Below the pieces are notes generated by a model. That model worked only from the letters and a program-made list of their open reading frames with translations. It was not told the DNA's origin and did not search any database. A stretch of 64,000 nucleotides of DNA from Cyanophora paradoxa CCMP329 (taxonomy: Eukaryota; Plantae; Glaucophyta), in contig QPMI01000459.1 of NCBI GenBank assembly GCA_004431415.1, forward strand, positions 121,963-185,962, written 5' to 3'. Position numbers and translations under genes: made by a program. Below are positions 1-11,955 of this stretch, piece by piece. Positions within the stretch are counted from its first letter, which is position 1; each line of letters opens with the position of its first letter.

Positions 1-3000
1 GCCTCGGGGAGGGTCTCGCGCTCACGGCGTGCGTGACATCGCAGCGCTAAGCTGCTGGCGATGAGACCAGGTGTCAACGCTCCAGCTAGACGCGGCCGTC
101 AATCGAAGGCGCGCGTGCTGGCCGCGAATCCCATCAGTCGTTCCCTCGGCCTGGTCTTCCTGGGATCCGGCCGCAGCCAGGCTCGTTGGCGAGCTTGGCG
201 GGTCATGATCACAGGAAGGGGTTCTGCAGCGATCCGCGAGACTGCATATTCGCGGTGCCGAGACCCTCGGATTTGCGACCGATTCGCCAGCCTTCGCCGT
301 GGGCTCGTTTCGATCGCATCCCAATACCAGGCGATCAGGCGAAGCTGACGAACGGCGAATCCTTCAGAGACTCAGATCTCTTGATCATGATCGGGGATCC
401 GAATTCGTGTTCTGTGCGTAGCCAGACCGCAACACGGCGTGCAGTCGGCTGCTGAGATCCGATTCCGATCCTTAGGAGGCCGCATCGGTGAGTAGTGCGA
501 GCGAGTGCACTGGCCGTAGCTGTGCTCTCAAGCTCTGTCGAAACAGCACTTGCCAGTCCGTTCCGGACACGGTCACTGGCTGTGCACGTAACAACAGGGC
601 CTGATGGCCATCAGCCCCAGTAGCATCGCCACCGATGGGTTTCCGAGGCGGAATGTAGTTCGCCAATATTAATGGCGAGACCCGGATCCCGGCAAGCCGC
701 CGTGCGAGGGGACCTCAAGGCGGTCGGCTTGGTCCGATCGCTCATGATCAGCCTGCGGGCGGCGGCGCGCGCTGGCCATGGGGCAGGCTGCTGATTTGCA
801 GGCCATGGGGCGGCGCGCGCGTAGCAGGCGTGACTGCGCGCTTGAGTCTGATTCCGACTCCTCTTCCACTGAAGAGGGGAAGTCGGGGCGTGGCAGGAAT
901 GCGCCGATCGGAGAGGCGCTCCAGCGTCGGGCCAAGAGGCGCGCGTGCTTCGGCTCGAGTGCATGTGCACGTACTCCTCTTCCGCTGAAGAGCGGAAGCC
1001 GTAGCACGGCGAGCTGCTCCTGATGCCACTCCTCTTTGGTTAAGCACCGTCCCCGGTGCTCTACCGTCTTCCGCGAAAATTTGGCACGCTGGGGCCGCTG
1101 GGATCCGTGATTGGATCGGGGCAGCATGGCCGTGGTGGGGAAATTCGCGATTGCGGGTCGAAAGAACGGCGAGGCCTAGGCATGATCATGCACGACCGGA
1201 ACCGCCTCTCTTTCGTTGTATTCCATGGCGTTCCGGGCCGCTGCCTCTCTCGATTTGGGTTCAATCGAGGGGCGAGCGCGAGCCGCGGGGCCAGAGCGAT
1301 GTTGAATTGATGTTGGCCTCGATTTGAATCGAGCTGTGGGCAACTGAGCAATTGCGACGGCCGGCCACGATTGTGCCGATCGCGAGTCAATCGCACTGCA
1401 GTTCCCGCCGTTCGAATTTCGCGATTCGATCGGACGCCAGTCGTGTCGAGCACGAGGGCATCGAGCCTCGGAGCTTCGAGTCTCGAGCGGGCGTCGATCA
1501 ATCAAGGCCTGGGCCGAGCTTCCGAAACACGATTTTGCATATCTAGCGCTCGGCTGTGTATGCTCGTGTCTGTTGGCCCGTGTTGCCGCTTTTCGCGGTT
1601 TTTAGGCCAGGCGCCGGGGTGCCAGCACCCAGATTTATGGAGCGGCCTCAGTGAATGAAGCTGGTGACGGTGGGTGCGCCACTGCCGGGAATAAGATCCC
1701 GGGTCGCCACCGCCCAGCGCAAAACGAATTTGACAGCTACGTCGAACTCGTTCGCTCGCAGGAGCGCCAGCTGCATGCAGCCGGGCCCGCGTGACTTGGT
1801 ATGCGCGAACGTCCGATGGTCCGGGTTGCGGGGTAGAATTTGAGAAAATCCGCGCCGCTGCTCGGGACGAGAGCCCGGCCGGCGGTTCGCCAGCGAAAAT
1901 CGACGACTTTCGCCATGCTGGGCCCTCGCGAAATTTCGCGAGCCGAGAGGTACGAAATCGGCCGTGCGTGCGCGGTCCGACGGTCTGGCCTTCTCGAGCG
2001 GGCCGCGTACGCGTAGCCTACATCTCGGTTCCGATCGCAAGCCGCGCGCGGCGTCGGGGCGGAATCGCGAGATCGAGGTCGACCGTCGGACTCGGTGATC
2101 ATGAGTCGCAAGAGCCGTGACCGCTTTAGTAAGCGTCCGAACCAGGCTCAGCGGCTGGTCTGAGGCTGAGGATGATGCATATGCTTGGCCGAAGGGCCGT
2201 GCAAGGGCCGGGCCACTGGGCATGGCCAAGCACACGTGGGCGCGAAATTAAATTGCCGCACTCTAGTGCTGCAAAATTTTCGTGGCGACGCGAAGTGATT
2301 CGCATGCACAGATCTAGAGGGCCCGGGAAACGTCCGGCGCGAAGATTGTGCACGTGGGCGCCCTCACGTCCGCTGGCGTGCGCCGTGACGGCCTCGCCAC
2401 CGCAGCAGCCGGCCACGGGCGTGCACTGCGGCCGCCGGGCACAAGTGCATGTGCAGAGCGCGGCTGCGCATGCCGTGGTATTGATGGCTGGGCGCCAGCC
2501 GCCGTACGTAGCGTAGCAGCACCACAGGGATCGGCAGGTGGGCGCCGCGGCGTGCAACCGACGCGGTTGGTTCCCAGCCGCAGGAGCGGAACCGGTAGCG
2601 GCCGGTTGCAGGAGCCGTGCTCGTGCATACGAGCGTCAATATCGTGCCGACGATATCATGCACGATCGCAAGCGTTCCCTTAGCGGACCGGGGGCCGGGC
2701 CCCGATGCTCTCGAGAGAAATGACGATAGAGCTCTCGCTCGCTGTCTCGCAGTGGGCCGTGGCGGCTTTTGAGAGAGCAGACGATGAAGCTCAGCGGCTT
2801 TTGCTCGCTGTCTCTCGTTGGCCGTGGCGGGTGTTCCGGAGTGTGAAGCCGGCAGATTCCACCAGCTAGGCGGGAACGGCTTTCCGAAAATTGGATACCG
2901 TACGCGTGGCTTGCGCACGGGCCAGCCACTAGGGCTCGCCGGCGCTGCCGCGCAGATCGAGAACGGGCTGGGGATCATCGGATCCGGCGCCGCGCCCACG

Positions 3001-6000
3001 GTCCCGAATCATTGAATTCCGGATTCGCATTGCGATGCTTTCGAATTTGGGTGCCGCAGTGCGGTCGACAGGTTCGCTTCGCTCGGTAGCGAATTACGAT
3101 TTCTGCAGCTCGTGCAGTCTTCCCTGCCTCATCCTCTCTCCCACCGCGTTTTAGCGGGAGGTCGAGGCATGAACGTTAACGTGCCGCAAGGCGGGTGGGG
3201 CTGAAGGCCGCGTGCGCAGGCTTGGCGGCGAGCGGCCGTGCCGAGGCCTGGGCCTGCCGCCGTGCGGTCACGTGTAAATTTTGCGGGCCGGGCTGCGAGC
3301 CCTAAAGGCTGCGCTACGGTGCGAAAAATGCCCGCAGCCAGCACCAGCTGCAGCATCGCCGGGTTTGGCGAAGTGGTGCACAGGTTCCGGCTCAGGGCGG
3401 CGGCAATGCTCTTTTCGAGCTAGCGCTGCCCTTGGCGGGCTGGCATCGCCAGCGCCGTTCTCGGAGTGCTCGCGCGAATGTACTACGGTATGCCGCTGCA
3501 AATCGCGACCGTACATTCGATAGCTGGATCGGCGCTCTGTAGCACGGCGCTCCATTACAGCGCCTCATCAGCGCTAGCCGAGCGGCGTGCCGGCGTTGGC
3601 AGAGAGAGCCGGGCGCTGTTCAGCGCAGCCGATCGTCCGTTCGCGATCACGAGTCGACGTCGTTTCGCGAGTCGGTCCGGGGCCACGGGGCCGTGTGCGC
3701 AGCCTCTTTGAGAAAGCTACCGCATAAGTGCTCAGGCTTCGAATTTTTCGCGGCGCTCAGCGCGGCTGCTCAGCGGCTGCATCCGATATCCGGTCGCGAT
3801 ATCGATGCATATGCTGTGGGCCTGCAGCCGGGGCTGAGACCCGCGCCTGCAACACACACGTGCACGTGCACGCGGTTTATGCAAGGTAGGGCTAGCCGTT
3901 TAGTTTTGTTTAACGGTTACAGCCTTTATTCCCGCTGGCCATGGTGGCTGCGGCTTGAATATTTGTGGCGCTCGCGATCGGTGTCCGCGTCCGCGGCCAC
4001 GCGATTGCACGTGCAAAGAGTCGTGCGCGGCTCGACAAGCGGCTCTGGGGCCCGCCGTACGTTGTAGCGCTGGCCCACGCGTGGGAGCCCGACATTCGAT
4101 TCCAGTCGCTAGCTTGACGCTCGCAATTGGCCTCGGTCTCCCTGGGACTCGGGAGGACGAGTCGAGCCCGTTGCGAGCTTCGATATCGATTCGCGTTTGG
4201 GCCGGGGGCCACAATCCGCGTTCTCGTAGGGGCGAGGCCCTAATTCACATGTACAGCTTTGCGACGTCCAGCGATCGAGCGTGATTGTGGATTCGCGACG
4301 CGGATATTCGCGGTGCCTAGGCTCGCCGCGAATTTCGCTGGGCTTGTGGCCGTGCCGGTTTTCGCGGGGCAGGCCGGTGCGGCCCGGTGGGCCGGGGCTG
4401 GAATCCCGATGCGGGTCGCCGCAGGCGCCGACGAGGAGGCCCTTGGGCGAGGGGCCCGCGAGGGGACGTGCCCGGTAAGGGCCGAGGGCCGCCTGAAATT
4501 GCGACTACTCCGAGCTCGGGGCTCGCAATTGCGCGGGCTCGAATGTGACGGGCTGTCCGTCAGATACGGGCTGGCCGGGCACTCCGAGGCTCGGAATATT
4601 CGATCGAGAATCTTTAGTCCGGTCCCGAATATCGGATTTTCGCGATATCGAACGGGCACGGCCTCCGCAGTGCCAGCCCGGCGGTGGGGGCGGTCTAGAT
4701 CTGGCTGAAGGGAGCCTGAGCTGCGAGCCCGGGCAACCTCAGACCTCAAAAGGGCCGAGGGCCGCCTGCGATCGCAGCTGCTCCAAATCCGATCGCGAGG
4801 CTCGCGATAGTCGTTCCTTGCGATCCAAATTCGCAGGCCGGCCCGGCGGCACCTGAATCGGGGCAACGATTGCGAATTGACGGATCTCGATTATCGGATT
4901 CTCGCGGGTCATCGGACCCATACGCATGGCCAGGCACGTGCACGGCAGCCACGGGCGGCTGGAGCGCGTGCAGCGGGCTCTGGGTTTAAATCGATATCCG
5001 AGCGAGCCAGCGTAACTTTGATCGTGAGCTCGAGCTCGCCTTGGCCGCGGGCCAGATAAGAGGCGGCTTGAGGCGGCTAAGAGGCGCGGGGCGCGGGTGC
5101 CGCTGTCAGCTTCGGGCCCTGAGGGCAGGGCCTCCGGGACGCAGCCGCCAGCTGTTCGCAGGCAATTGCAAGCGCCGATCGCGGGCTAAGCCCGTCCTCT
5201 GGATTCGAGGCCAGGGACCGCAGCTACTACTGCGGGTAGCTGCGGAGGACTTCCAGGGCTCAGCGGCAAGCTGGCCGTGGACTGCGGGGCCTCGGGCCGA
5301 GGGGCGAGGGCCGTATACGCATCGGCTTGAACGTTCACAGGCATTCGCATGACCATGCAATCTGCACGTGCTCGTGCACTGTGGCCACGGCACACACCGG
5401 CTGCCGCAGTGCGGTTCGGTTGCGCAGCCGAGTCGCGGAAATATGCCCAGGGCCCAGCCGAGTGCCCGGCGCCGGCGGCCTCCGCCTCTGAGAGAGGGCG
5501 AGACTCGCGAGCTCGAGGGCAGGCGGCGCGAGGTCGCGAGGCAGGCGTCGCGACGTCGACGGCGGTCGCAGGGCAGGCAACGGCCAGGGAATTTTCGGAG
5601 CGCTAGCGGGCCGTGCCCGGCCGCACGGTGCCGCGATATCGATCTGGATAGACTCATGGTCGTCTCGAGCCAGGGGCTCGGAATCGCGATCCCACATCCG
5701 CGGATCGGGGGCCGGACTGGAATTCGAAGTTCGAATTCAAGGCCCGCGATTTTGCGATCGGTCGCCCGGGTCGGCGTAGGGCATAGCTGTGACCCGGCTT
5801 TGCAGCGCTCCTTGCTCGCAGCGGCGCGAGAGACGCTGTTCTCAGGCCTCTGGAGGCTCGTAGCGGCGCGAGATACAGGGCCGAGGCCTGGGGGGCCGCA
5901 GGCCGATATCGATCGTGAGGCACGGCATTGGACGCGCGCGCGGGAACTCGAAGGATCCGACGTCGCAGCACGCGAGATCAGCCATGGGGTTCGATTTGAG

Positions 6001-7850
6001 GATTGGTATCCCGATCGCGCACACTGTGACAGCTGCGCTGCGGATCGTGCCGCGGTGTGCTGTGACAAGCACACCGGGTCCGACGGTCCGGGCGTGCTGC
6101 ACATCTTCGCAATCGCGCCTCTGGCCGTGGGGCCGGGGCCGGGCCACCTCGAACGGCAGTTCGGCGATGCGAACGGCAGCTCGGCGATCGCGATCCTTGA
6201 CCGCGAAGGCGAGGGCAACCGCGAGGGCGAGTTGCTGATCGTAATTCGATGGGGCCCGGCGGCCGAGACCGGGACCGGCGGGTGTCGGCGGCCGAGACCG
6301 AAACGCCGTGACGGCATCGAATTTGTGCCTGGCGAGGCTTGGCACTGCCAGTCGCAGGTCTGATCGCGGGCCTGGGGCTCAGCAGCCGCGGAGCCTTGGA
6401 GGCTGGGCAGCTCTGAGCCGTGGTGGACGTGCTCATGCACGTGACTTCCGGCCCTCAGCTCGCGGCTGATCATGAGCTCGGTCTGCGTGCACGCGGCGGC
6501 AACGGCGGGAGCCGAATTCCGAAGTTCGCAGTGCACGTGCCAGCAGGCCCTGATTATGAGGGCCGAAATCGACCCGTAACCGGACCCAGGGCTCGGAAGC
6601 GAGCTCGAGCTCGATCGCGAGGCGCCGCGCCGGGCGGGCCGCCGGGCGTTCGAGCTGGCACAGTGGCGGCTTGCGATTGCTCCAAGGCTTAGTCAACCGG
6701 GGCCCAGAGCGTCGACGTCTCGCTCGAAAAGCAGCGTGAGCTTTTGGGTCCGGCCCGGCGGACCCGGATCTAGGCCTGACAGCTTCCAGTCCGGATCGGA
6801 GAGTCTCGAGATCCGGACTTGAGAGCCTGCATCGAGCAAGCCAGGCCAGGTGCTGGCTCGCAGTGAGAGGTGCGCCGCGCGGCGCCCTCAATCTTGGGCC
6901 AGGCCCGACTGCGGGGCGTCTTGCGCTTTTTGCAACAGCTGTAGGCAGAGAGCCTCAGCAACTCGGGCCCCTTTCGAGCCTGGGGCTCGTGACGACGTGA
7001 TGACGGTTCGAGCCGCGGGCCGGAGCTCGCCTCTCGAGCTCGAATCCGCAGTTGATATCGCCATCGGCGCTAGGGCTAGCGCTAGGCTCGAGCTCGAGGA
7101 CCATGGGGCCCAGGCTAGGTAGCCAGGTGAACCTCGAGCTCGGGGGCCGCATGGGCCGGCTGTGCGTGAAACGCGCCACTCTCCGAGGCTCGACGAGCCT
7201 CAGAAGTGCAGGCCGGGCCTCTAGCTCCAGGCCTGGTCGGGTAGCGGCTCGAATTCGAGCCTCAAGGCCTCAGGATGCCGACCGGCGCTCCCGAATGCAG
7301 CACGCAGTGCTGCGGGAAGACCGTCGGACAGGCCTAGGGGCCGGTTCCGAGGCCTGGCGGCCCTGATCCGAGCTTGAAGCTCGTGAGGGGTAAATCTCCC
7401 AATTTCGCACTCAAGGCCCCGAAGGAGCTTGCTGCGAAAACTAAACGCTCAGCCTGGCTCTCGATCGCGACTGCAGTCGCGCAGCCTGGCAGCTCCGAGG
7501 CTGGCAGTCGCAATCGCGATGGGGTTCGCCGATCGTGCGTGGCTCGGCATCAGGGCATCAGCTCTGGCCCTCGCGAGCGTCTGGTGCGTGACCTTTAGCT
7601 CGAGTTCTGAGCTCGAGGCTCTAACCACCAGTCGCCAAGCCGGCTGGTAGCTCGATATGCGATTCAGCACTGCGGATTCCAAAGCGGCGATAGCGGCCGG
7701 ATTGGAGCCGGATGCCAGTTGCAATCGGCCGGGGCCGACATTAGAGCTTAGCCCTGCGACCGGCCGGCCCGGGGCCGGAAGTGGGCCCAAATTATAGCTG
7801 GCCGCTGGGCGTTCGAGGCGGCCGATGCCGTCCGACCCAGAGCTTACTTA
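1..7850. other. Degenerate DNA saturated with overlapping 4-6 bp palindromes, probably decayed transposon sequence; no credible gene
   Basis: Dense chains such as gagctcgagctcgatcgcga (6601-6620), tcgcgatatcgatgcatatgc (~3793-3813) and gctagcgctaggctcgagctcgag (~7075-7098). ORFs are short, lack recognisable domains and show no intron pattern. Confidence 0.55.
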
Positions 7851-7889
7851 GTGAAACTCAGTGTCCGGTGCCATGTGCATGGCGCCGGC

Positions 7890-10680
7890 CATGGGCTGGC
7901 CTGGCAGACCCCGGAACTCCGGATATCAGCGGATATCGATCGGGAGTCAGCCGGTCCTCGGGATCGGCCGGCGAGCGCCAGTAGCGCGTGTTGTACTCAT
8001 CCCAGGGCTGCCACCTCAGGGCAGGGCCGCGGGGAAAGATCTCGTCGGGGTGCAGGGGCCGCGGCTCGCGATCGGTGAACCCTCGAGCGCCCCACCGACC
8101 GTCGGACGAGGTCCAGTCTCTGATCGCTTGCACTTGGGGACTTCCTCGGCAAGCGCGAGGGGAAAGTCGTTGGTGTCACAGGCGTCCGGCGGGGCGGGCC
8201 CACTAGGCGGCGACTCGTCGCCAGCCTCGCCCGGAGCGTCCCCGGCCGGGGTCGTCGGGCATCCCCTCGTCAGAGGGAATTTCGCGCTCCTCAGCGGCGG
8301 GGGCCCGGCCGGGCCCGGCTCTCGTTGCTTCGGAGCTTGAGGCGGCGGGGCTGGCCCAGGCACCGTCGGCGCAAAGCGTTCTGGCCACAGGGCGGCCTGC
8401 GGCCGCGCCTGCTTGCACGTGGCGGGGGCCTTGGCCTTAAGCTTCGCGAACCCAGCAGACGCGGCGAGCTTGGCAAGCTCAGCGGCTCGCGGGGGAGGCG
8501 TTGCGAGGCACGTTTGAATTCGATTTTGCAGCTCGAGCTCGTGATCTTGCATATGCATGATCATATGCATGATCATGATCAGCAGCTCGCGTACTGTGCA
8601 TACGCATGCGATACTGCCGCGGCTTGCCATCATGATCATGGCGTCACTCCCCCTTCTCGCTAGCACCGTCCGCGGTGCTTCGCGAGAGAAGGTGTCACGG
8701 TGTGCCAGGTACCGGCCGGCTGCAGCTGCCACAAGCTTGAGCTCGAGGCAGACGGCTAGCGCATAGCTGTGCACAGCGGAATTCGAAAGATAAAGCGGCT
8801 CGAGCCTCCGAGGCCGAGGGCCGCGCTATCGATATCGATATCGCTTCCGGTTCCCGTCTCAAGCTCTTAAAGTGAGCTCGAGACCACGTCCCATAGCTAG
8901 GCCTTCAGCTTATAATTAATCAAGCTTGAGCCTTGCGTCGACGTTCGATGTGCACGTGTGTGCCGCTGGCGCCGAGTGCATCACCGTCACCGCGGCGTTG
9001 CGTCGGGTCCGAGGCCATGGCCAGCGTGCAGGCACTCTTGATCATGATCAAGAGTTGAGGCCGAGAGAAGCATCAGCCGAGGGAAGGCTAATGCTCTCAA
9101 GCTCGAGATCCTGGCCATGGCAGGGCAAGAGGGCCCTGCCTGCGCGCGAGGCAGCAGGTGGGTCCGCTCTGCAGTCGGGCCACTTGAGCTCCAGGTCTTG
9201 AGGGCATTCTCAGGTCAAGCGACGGCGTAAAGCCACGCTAGTCCGTGAGAGAATGTGCCTCACTCGAGATCTGAGGCCGTCGTGGTCCACAGCAGCGGCG
9301 AGCAAGCTCGGCTGCGGCGATTCTGGAGACAGCTCGGGCGCGCACGCCTCAGCCATCGATCCGATCGCTCTTCCGTACTTGTCCAGCACGATCGCAGCAG
9401 CCGGAGAAGGCTGGCGTCGTGGCGAGTGTCCGGCGACCGACCGGGAATAGTACCCTCGGGCCCGCTCGACAGCTCGCGCAGGCGGCGTCGACGAATCCGA
9501 CCGGGAATAGTACCCTCGGGTATTCGCGCGCGGGCCTGGCTTCCACAGGGCTAAGTTCTGGCCGTCGTAACCGCGCTGAGCCAGAACCTCAGCCCGCGGC
9601 CGTGGGCGCCAGGCTAAGCCACGCGGCTGCCCCCACGTCTCCTCCAGATCCGCTGAAGGATCTGCGGGCGAGCGGCTCGCCTGGCTCTCTATAGGTGGCC
9701 AGCGACCGCCCGCGCTTAGTGGAGCGCGCGCGGCGCAGGCGAGGTCCGAGCCCGTACGCGTCCAGTGCCAGGATCAAATCTGCCGACCCCAGCAGATCAA
9801 ATCCCATGGGCGAGGGCCAGGCGCGCACCCCGAGGGCCGTGCGCGTGCGCTGCGCCAGCACAGGCCGTGAACAACTCCGGCGCGAAGCGCTGGGCTCGGA
9901 GTGCAAGGCTAGCGAGAGCCAGCACGGCCGATCGACCATGCTCATGCACGCCTCGGTCCAGGGCGAGGCTCGCCAGTCGCCGGTCGTCGTAAAGGTCTTC
10001 TTTTATCTGCTCGAGGCCGTACGCGCGGCGCTGCGCGGCGGGGCGCGCGTACGGGCATGGGCGTCGAGGTTGTCCCTCGGGGATCTGGACAAGATCTGCG
10101 GCGTCCGTCGGCGAGGGCGACGGGAGGGCGCGTCCGACCGCATTTATCGGTTCTCCAGAGCTAGTTCTACGTTTCCGGTGCGCTGACGGAGAGCCTGGCG
10201 GCTCGCTGATGCTGATCGCTGTGTGCGTATCGATCGCACGCCGATCTGAGCCCGCCGGTGCGCGGGGGTCGCCGATCGGCACTGAAACGATGTTTCTAGA
10301 GCTACTAGCGATGCGTGCGCATCGCTGCTGGTCGCCGAAGATGGCGGGCTGATGCTGTCGGAGGCTGCCCACGGGCCCAGTTCCGTGAGCAGTGGCGCCT
10401 GTCGGATGGGAGGATTCCCACCCGATTGGGCACCGCGCAGTACTGCGCGGGGCCGGCTCCCTGTGCTGGAGCAGCTGTAGATGCAGGCTGGTGTATTCAC
10501 TGTGTACCCGGAAGACTACTGACTCTGTACCCCTAAGACAGGTAGAGGCGGGCCAGCGTAGGCTACCGAGAGGTAAGCCTACAGGAAGAGAGACTATGCC
10601 AGGGCTCTCAGACTACGTCAGGCACCAACTAGCTCTAGTCACTAAGTCACCGCAAGGCCAGGGAATCGAGCCAGGCGACA
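7890..10680 (-). mobile_element. Degenerate, internally deleted LTR retrotransposon related to the 45451-63937 element
   Basis: LTR 10400-10680 and the adjacent PBS match the young element. 9200-9560 aligns with the leader/gag start at 63130-63492. 7900-8510 aligns with the RNase H-integrase spacer at 48200-48800 (EPRPLHPDEIFPRGPALR vs EPRPLHPDALFPRGPALR). The left boundary and second LTR were not found. Confidence 0.8.
10400..10680 (-). repeat. LTR (5' LTR of the degenerate gypsy element), 281 bp
   Basis: TG...CA ends. Begins tgtcggatgggaggattcccacccg (young LTR: tgtcggatgagaggattcccacccg) and ends gggaatcgagccaggcgaca (young: gggaatcgcggcacgcgaca). Confidence 0.8.
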
Positions 10681-10736
10681 GCCGCCAGTGCCCGCCACTG
10701 GCCCGCCAGACCCCTACCGCCGGGCCGCGCCGGCTA

Positions 10737-10934
10737 CCGTAGACGACTTAAATACCGCGCCACATATTACCGCGTTCTAAAATTTCGGCGCCGGTATGCG
10801 CTTTACCGCGCTACCAAATTACCGCGTTCCATCGTCTTCGAAAATGTATTATTTGTTAGCAAAGGGGGTAATTTTGAGCGCGGTAATTTGGCAGCGCGGT
10901 ATTTAAGTCAGCGCGGTATATAAGTCGTCTACGG
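10737..10934. mobile_element. MITE, Tc1/mariner/pogo-type, 198 bp
   Basis: 24-bp TIRs ccgtagacgacttaaataccgcgc / gcgcggtatataagtcgtctacgg (1 mismatch), TA on both sides (10735-36, 10935-36), and internal ttaccgcg/cgcggtaa subterminal repeats. Confidence 0.85.
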
Positions 10935-11513
10935 TACCGGTACTAAGGTACGGCGGTACCCTCAAAGTTCCAACAGTTACCTTGTGGACCCGGGAGCTGA
11001 GGGAATTTGGGGGGGGGGGAACTGGGGGATACTATGATACCGGCTCGTTGCCAAAGTCGTTGGTCACGGTTGGTGGCAACTTGCAATTAAGTTGCAACTT
11101 GCCAAAAGTTGCGATTGCCGGCAAGTTGCGGCGGCAACTTGCCGGCAACGGACCATGGTACTATGATGGTAGTGACGGTACCGCCGCCGTATCGGTGCGC
11201 ACGGCGCAGGCCAGTCTGCGACTCTGCGCATGCGCCGAGTCGCCGACTCGCCGCCGAGTCGCCGACTCTGCCGCAGTGCGGCGCCGGGCAATGCGGGCAT
11301 GCGCATGCGGCTTGCGCATGCGCACGGTAGAGTCCGGGTAGACTACTAGGCTAGATCTACTATAGAACTATTTAGTACAGGACAATAATTAGTACTTTGC
11401 CAAAACTGCGACTTTAATTAGCAGCTGGTAAATTTTTAGTGTATGTGAGTCAGTGGCATAATATTATAATGTGAGTGATAATATAATGTGAGGCTTTATA
11501 ATTCGCAGGAGAG

Positions 11514-11612
11514 AATTACCGCGGTACCAAATTACCGCGTTTTAACAAATTCTCGACGGGGTAATTTGGTACCGCGGTAATTAAGTGAGCGCGGTATTAT
11601 AGTGCCACACGG
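11514..11612. repeat. Perfect 23-bp inverted repeat plus an orphan right end of a related MITE family
   Basis: aattaccgcggtaccaaattacc (11514-11536) and its reverse complement (11560-11582). Shares the ttaccgcg motifs and the ...acgg|ta terminus with the 10737 MITE; no left TIR found. Confidence 0.55.
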
Positions 11613-11955
11613 TACTGCGCCCGGTGCGCCGGAACTTCGGAAGTTCCCGTAACTGCGGCAGGCGTTGGCCATGGCCGCCCGGATTATTAATGGGCCGAAA
11701 CTTTTGCCCGGATCGGATTCCCCGGAAGCCGCTGGATAGCAGTGGATAGCACTGGATACTATGAAGAGCTCGAGCTCCAATTGCAAAATCAGACGTCGAC
11801 TCGACCGACCGTCGGACATGCGTACGCGTAGATTAGATAATATGATACTCGATATCCTTGAATGTATTAATCATCAGTGTGGGATCTGATGATTCTGATC
11901 ATCGTATCATACTATGATAGTATCATAGTATGCACGACGACATTTTACCGTAGTA

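Noticed and set aside
5106-6536. 476-aa and 331-aa ORFs in the palindrome-rich region
   Set aside because: High GC and palindromic content suppress stop codons; there are no motifs or splice structure.
1-9200. Restriction-site clusters as cloning-vector polylinkers or synthetic DNA
   Set aside because: The sites are dispersed over kilobases, embedded in natural repeats and differ between paralogs; no vector features are present.
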